Of a stretch of DNA of 64,000 bases, positions 59,152 to 64,000 are shown piece after piece. Where the stretch lies: the NCBI GenBank assembly GCA_950097015.1, contig CATNEN010000007.1, positions 6,572,001-6,636,000 on the forward strand, read 5' to 3'. The DNA comes from Macrostomum hystrix. Its lineage: Eukaryota; Animalia; Platyhelminthes. Made by a program: the position numbers and the translations under genes. The notes under the pieces are model-generated. The model did not search any database. It saw only the letters and a program-made list of their open reading frames with translations, and was not told where the DNA came from. Numbering within the stretch: the first letter of the stretch is position 1; every line of letters starts with the position of its first letter.

Positions 59152-60469
59152 CTGGTTTGAGGAATAGGGACTGGCTGAAATTTTTAGCAAAGCAAATTAA
59201 TGAGACTCGCTATAGCTTTAACTCTTTTCTAACTCCTAAAACTTAGTTGTCATTGCAACCTGAAGCTGATGCATAAAAATGAAATGAAAACTTAAATCTC
59301 TAAGCTAGATTGCCAAGTTGCTACCCCAAATCTCCACTGCAGCGCCGGCAGTGGAGATTTTTATGATAATTTACAAAAATATTTCTTATAAGCCTAATGA
59401 GTAGCTAAATTTGTACACAGAATGTTTAAATTGTTATACATATGCATGCCATTTTATAGATACTGTCAGGCTTAATATAGAAATAAACCATTACTATGAA
59501 ATCACTATTACTAGTCTAAGTAAAATAATGGCATCATACAATGTTTACAATAAATTAACTAGCAATGCTCTAGTTTGAATCCAGAATTCTATCTTGAAAA
59601 AAGTTTAGAAACTTAAAATGGCTAGCTTTGTACATTAAGTTAAAAATCTACCTTTTATTTTACAGAATAATGTTGGAAATAATAGTTATTTGTGTAAAAT
59701 GTTTTTTCTGTAATGATATCTGCATACATTTTCTAACCCAATATGTTTTGTCATTCACTTGTCATATACTTGTTTTACTTTAAACACTTGAATGTACAAT
59801 GTGAGCAAAAAATATGCCCTGAGATGAACAGAGACCAGAGCAGTAAAACTGCAGCTCAGGTGAATGAAGAGAATAAACAGTCAATACTTCAGCTGAAGAC
59901 AGATTCTTGTAGCTAAGCTACTAGCCCCAGAAATTTAGCTTGGCATAGAGTGATCCTAATTCCTAACTATAATGACTAGTTAGTTGTCAATAGACTTTAC
60001 TAAATGTAGCCTTAGTCACTTTGTTAAGGGCTACATAACAAAAAGCCTAAGGGGCAAGATTAGAACATAGAACATATAAGGCCCTAAGGCTGTTACACTA
60101 ATAAAAGCCAAAAGGATTAGCTAAGGAGCATAAGAGTGATAATCCCAATTTGAAAGATTTATCATCTTTTTTTATAAAAACAGGACATAGTTATTTGCAC
60201 TGTATTTAAGTAAAGGCAATGTAGAAAAAAATTTAATGAATTTAATGTATTTATAGTCCAATTTATAAAAATTAGAAATGTTTACACAGCTGACAGAACA
60301 CATATTTTTAGTCATGCAAGGTCTGTAATAATTTATATAGTATGTTTAAGTATATTACTTCAGTTTTTACAGGTTTTCCACTGCTACTGCTATTTTATTG
60401 TATAATTCATGACTACCAGATGTTAATAATACATTTACTCAGCAACAGCTAAAACCCCCCCAACTCACG

Positions 60470-60775
60470 CTGTCACATGGGCACAAAAGTTAAGCAGCCT
60501 TTAATTCTAGTCTCAGTATCATGTGTAGGAACCACGAGCATGCAAAAGTGCCGTGACTCGTCGTGGCATCCTGATCACCAGCTGGTTGATGAACTCTTAG
60601 GGCAGCTGCTGCCAGGCATTCAGCACCACCAGTCGCAACTGTTCAGCATTCTGTGGGGCATCCTGCTGAACTCTTCGATTTACAAAGTCCCAGACATGCT
60701 TGATGGGGTTCATGTCTGGAGACTTTGATGGCCAGTTCAATGTGTGAATGCCCAGCTGCTCCTTCAGCATATACC
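60470..60775 (-). mobile_element. Tc1/mariner transposase C-terminal relic with probable terminal repeat
   Basis: LNWPSKSPDMNPIKHVWDFVNRRV..AWQQLP*EFINQLVIRMPRRVTALLHARGSYT matches the Tc1 WPxxSPDLNPIE..W..MPRR..A.G..T.Y signature, with an internal stop. Confidence 0.85.
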
Positions 60776-63136
60776 AATCCCTTGAAATATTCAACAATGC
60801 ACTCCATAAACGTTTAAATGTATACCAACACAAAGTAAATATATACTGGAATTTCTGACATGCACTGGATGCACTGGAACTATGGCTAAAGAGTCATCAG
60901 AATGGGCAGAATTGCCTCCTTGTTGGCTATAGCTCTACTGTCAACAAATTATGTGGTAGGGGCCTACACATAAAAATGGCCCCAACTACGAGTATTATAA
61001 TGTGCTCTAAATAAAAACATAAGAAACCTGTGGAGCTGGCTTTTTTCTTAAAATTTGCAAATACAATTTGCTTAAAAGAAATGGTTTAAAATATGTTTAT
61101 TTTACAAAGAATTAAAAAGCAAACAAGGCCCATTAATAATAGTAGGCCTACTAACAGTAACAAAATTCAAATATGAAATTTAAAATATTGAATAAGCATT
61201 GCTAGAATTGAATCTAGCAATCTAGATATAGGCATGGTAGATAATTTTTTTGACTAAAATGCATTTTATAATATATATATTTTTGGCATAGTTCTAGTTT
61301 ACTTTGCGATATTATTTCATAGTTCTACTTTACTTCGCGATATTATTTTTATGTGTTTTTTGCATTTACATAGCATATTCTGCATCTGTACCCGAACCAC
61401 AACCCTTTCAGCTTAATCTGCACAATGGCCGGCCGCCCAGCTGCCCCGAAATTTATTGTCCCACCTAATCAACTGGTCAATGCTGCCAACTTGCTGAATT
61501 ATACCAAAAGAAATTTTGGTATTCGGGAGATAGTGGAGGCAAGTCGCGACGACATAACAACCATGAGGTGGATGGCGAAGCATCACCTCATTGCCAACGA
61601 ATAAAAAGATTGATCGATAGATCCACTTCATACTTTTTGACAACTTGTGATTTAATTATTAATCATATGATCTCCTTGATATGACTGTGCATCTTGAATT
61701 TCATTTTGAACATAGTCGCAACTTCATTTATTAAAAATTGTGTAGTTTTCTTTTTTGATTAAGTGACACCTGATTCACATGTAAAAAAATAATAAAGCTA
61801 TATTTGTTTTGAATATTCTGATTCATACAAGGAGATCAAAAATAGAAAATAAACTAACCATTTTGTTATACAGAAGATGCTAACGTTAATTTAAAACTAC
61901 GTATTCAGGACAGTCCTCAAGGACTACCAATATACTGGTTGTAAATATGTGAATAGCTTCTACGTCAATGCGTTTTCCTGGTAAAATAAATAGCGGAGAG
62001 TGGAGAGCGATTCTCTGAACCTGTTAGTTTTTGCTTACTCGCATTTTATGAGTGATATATAAATATGTCAAAACAGATAAACGAAATATTTCCTTTGCTA
62101 TCATTTTGCCAGCAAAAAGTAAAAATTTGCACGAAGTGACTGGACTTTCTGTTTTAGGGCCGCGTCCCGAAGGGGGCCACCATAGATAGATTTTGCGCGA
62201 CTATATTGGGCTTGGGTGCGCGTCAATGAATTGAATGATGACAATGACAATGAAGGGGCCGCGCCACCAATAATTTTAAGCTGGTTGGTTACAACTACTA
62301 CCCAAACCAGGCCAAACACACGATTTTGATTCTTTTGACTATTCACTTGTCATTCAAATGTACTCTAAAAACGAGTCGTTGGATGGCAGTGAAAACGAGC
62401 ATCGCAGCAGTGAAAAGGCGTTCGAGTGATTTTTTGAGCCCGCGTCAGTTTAGTTTAAATTAATTGTATTTTAAGCTCGAATGTAGGGTGCAGTAAAAAA
62501 ATGTGTGTCTTTAAACCAGGGACAATTTTATTCCGTGCACATTTGCTTACTCAATTGTAAAATAAACTTTATTATTGCATTTGTGCAAAACAATTACAAT
62601 GAAAAAATTTAGAGCTCCATCCTTTTCATTAGCGAAAAGTTATTTTGCTGCAGCAGATCGTACTGCAGTCTCTGAGCAGAGTGCGACTCACGAGATTACA
62701 TGAACGAGCCACGAGCTTTAAGTAGTAGCAAGTAATGTTAAAATAACATTATATTCTTAACTTGAATTTTCGACTACTCGTTTCAAATCGAAAAAACAAG
62801 TGAAGATAAAAACATTCAACAATTAAACTGCATAAAATTATAGCATTGCAACATTCTACTAATAACGCTCCGGATTGCATGTGCTTGGTGATGAGCTGGA
62901 GTCGGTTAATGGTACGTTTGTAATTAGGTTGTGGCCATGATGAAATTCCTTAAGAATAACGGAGTTTTAGCTAGCATTCCACGGAATGGACAAAAACGTA
63001 AGGTGGTGCAAGTGGAGATAAAAACAAGATCTAAAAGCTGTAACAGCTTCACCCTCCTCGTTCAACCTGGTTCTCAAAGCCTGCATTCAATCATAATCAC
63101 TCAGCACAGTAACTTGATTAGATAGTACAATAGTAC

Positions 63137-64000
63137 TTAAAGCAGCCGGCCAAAGTCTCTGTGCACCCACAGCACATTTTCCGGCCATTTGTCTGTCCGG
63201 GACGAATCCAGCCGATGCTTGCCATCCACCTGGTGCGCCGAATAGCCGCGTGAGACGAAAAATTCCATAATGTCCTTGGCGTCGCTGCCCGTCAGGTGCC
63301 GGCCAAGCCACTCCATTTGGACTGCCGCCACCGTTCGCTCGCTGAATAGTCCATCTCCGCTGCGTAGGAAGTCGGCCTCGCCACCCTCGGCATCGAGTTT
63401 CACCAGCACTGTCTGGGTCGGTGCCAGAGAGCTGATCGCGTTGCCGCCCAGGGGCATCACCGACACAGGGTCGGGCACCGAGCGGGCGAACTTGGTAGCG
63501 CCGCCGATGTTGCAGTCGCCCGGATAGTTCAGCCTGGCCAGCCGGCTCGAGTCTGAGCTGATGAAGCCCCACAGGAGGCTGACGGAGCTGGGTCTCAGTT
63601 TGATGGCTGCGTTCGAGTCGACGGAGGGTGCCAGACTGCGAAGGGCCATGCCAATCCGAAGCAGGTTGCGCGCGTTGGCGTCAACGGCGATGACCTGGAA
63701 ATTTTATGGATAAGTTGAGGTATGCATTGCTGCATAAGTTGAGAAAGTATATTTTTGTTGAGTTGGAAATCCTACCGGAAAGCCGAGGGCCGCTGCCTGC
63801 ACTGTGTAGACCCCAATGTTGCACCCAATGTCAATCAGCGTGACGTTGCCAACCCCCAGTTGTAGAAGGCGTTTCAGCAGTGGCGCCACCAGCTGCTCCT
63901 CCCAGGTGTGGTCGCGCGCCACAGTCTCCGTGATCAAGTCTCCGCCAGTGTGGCCCCAGATCGGCACGCGGGGCGGCTCTGCGGCTCCAGCGGCTAGTCG
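63137..64000 (-). CDS. FkbM-family (Methyltransf_21) SAM-dependent methyltransferase, 3' part
   Basis: Exons >64000-63776 and 63694-63137 separated by an 81-nt GT-AG intron. Motifs GDLITETVARDHTWE, LIDIGCNIGVYT..AAALGFPVIAVDAN, LVKLDAEGGE, VQMEW. Confidence 0.8.

Noticed and set aside
63137-64000. Bacterial contamination or fresh HGT suggested by the FkbM methyltransferase
   Set aside because: It has a canonical 81-nt GT-AG intron and host-like codon style, and FkbM-family genes are common in invertebrates.

Overview
Eukaryotic (metazoan) genomic DNA with GT-AG spliced genes. Exons are GC-rich and encode poly-Q/poly-A runs, many introns are only 70-90 nt, and the larger introns are packed with private minisatellites. 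The style resembles a free-living flatworm such as Macrostomum, but that is inference and unverified. Manual splicing gives six genes: (1) the 3' part of a Dscam-like Ig/FN3 receptor (+, 169-5194, ending in the PDZ-type motif -FTEV); (2) a 12-exon undivided 'MadBub' BUB1/BUBR1 spindle-checkpoint kinase (-, 38173-7572); (3) an intronless stomatin/MEC-2-like gene nested on the same strand in MadBub intron 1 (34734-33409); (4) a 79-aa, two-exon, probably GPI-anchored mucin-like microprotein (-, 39691-39366); (5) a ~3,100-aa TRANK1-like TPR/ankyrin/UvrD-helicase gene (-, ~59151-42919); (6) the 3' part of an FkbM-family methyltransferase (-, >64000-63137). Mobile DNA comprises two tRNA-derived SINE families, a foldback/MITE family, and Penelope-like, RNase H-bearing LINE and Tc1 relics, plus ~18 tandem arrays. 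The most interesting leads are a RelE/ParE-like module before the TRANK1 helicase, a possible in-frame KEN-box exon 1 to stomatin splice, minisatellite units that mimic splice signals, and the orphan microprotein. All exon boundaries were read by eye and need RNA-seq confirmation.
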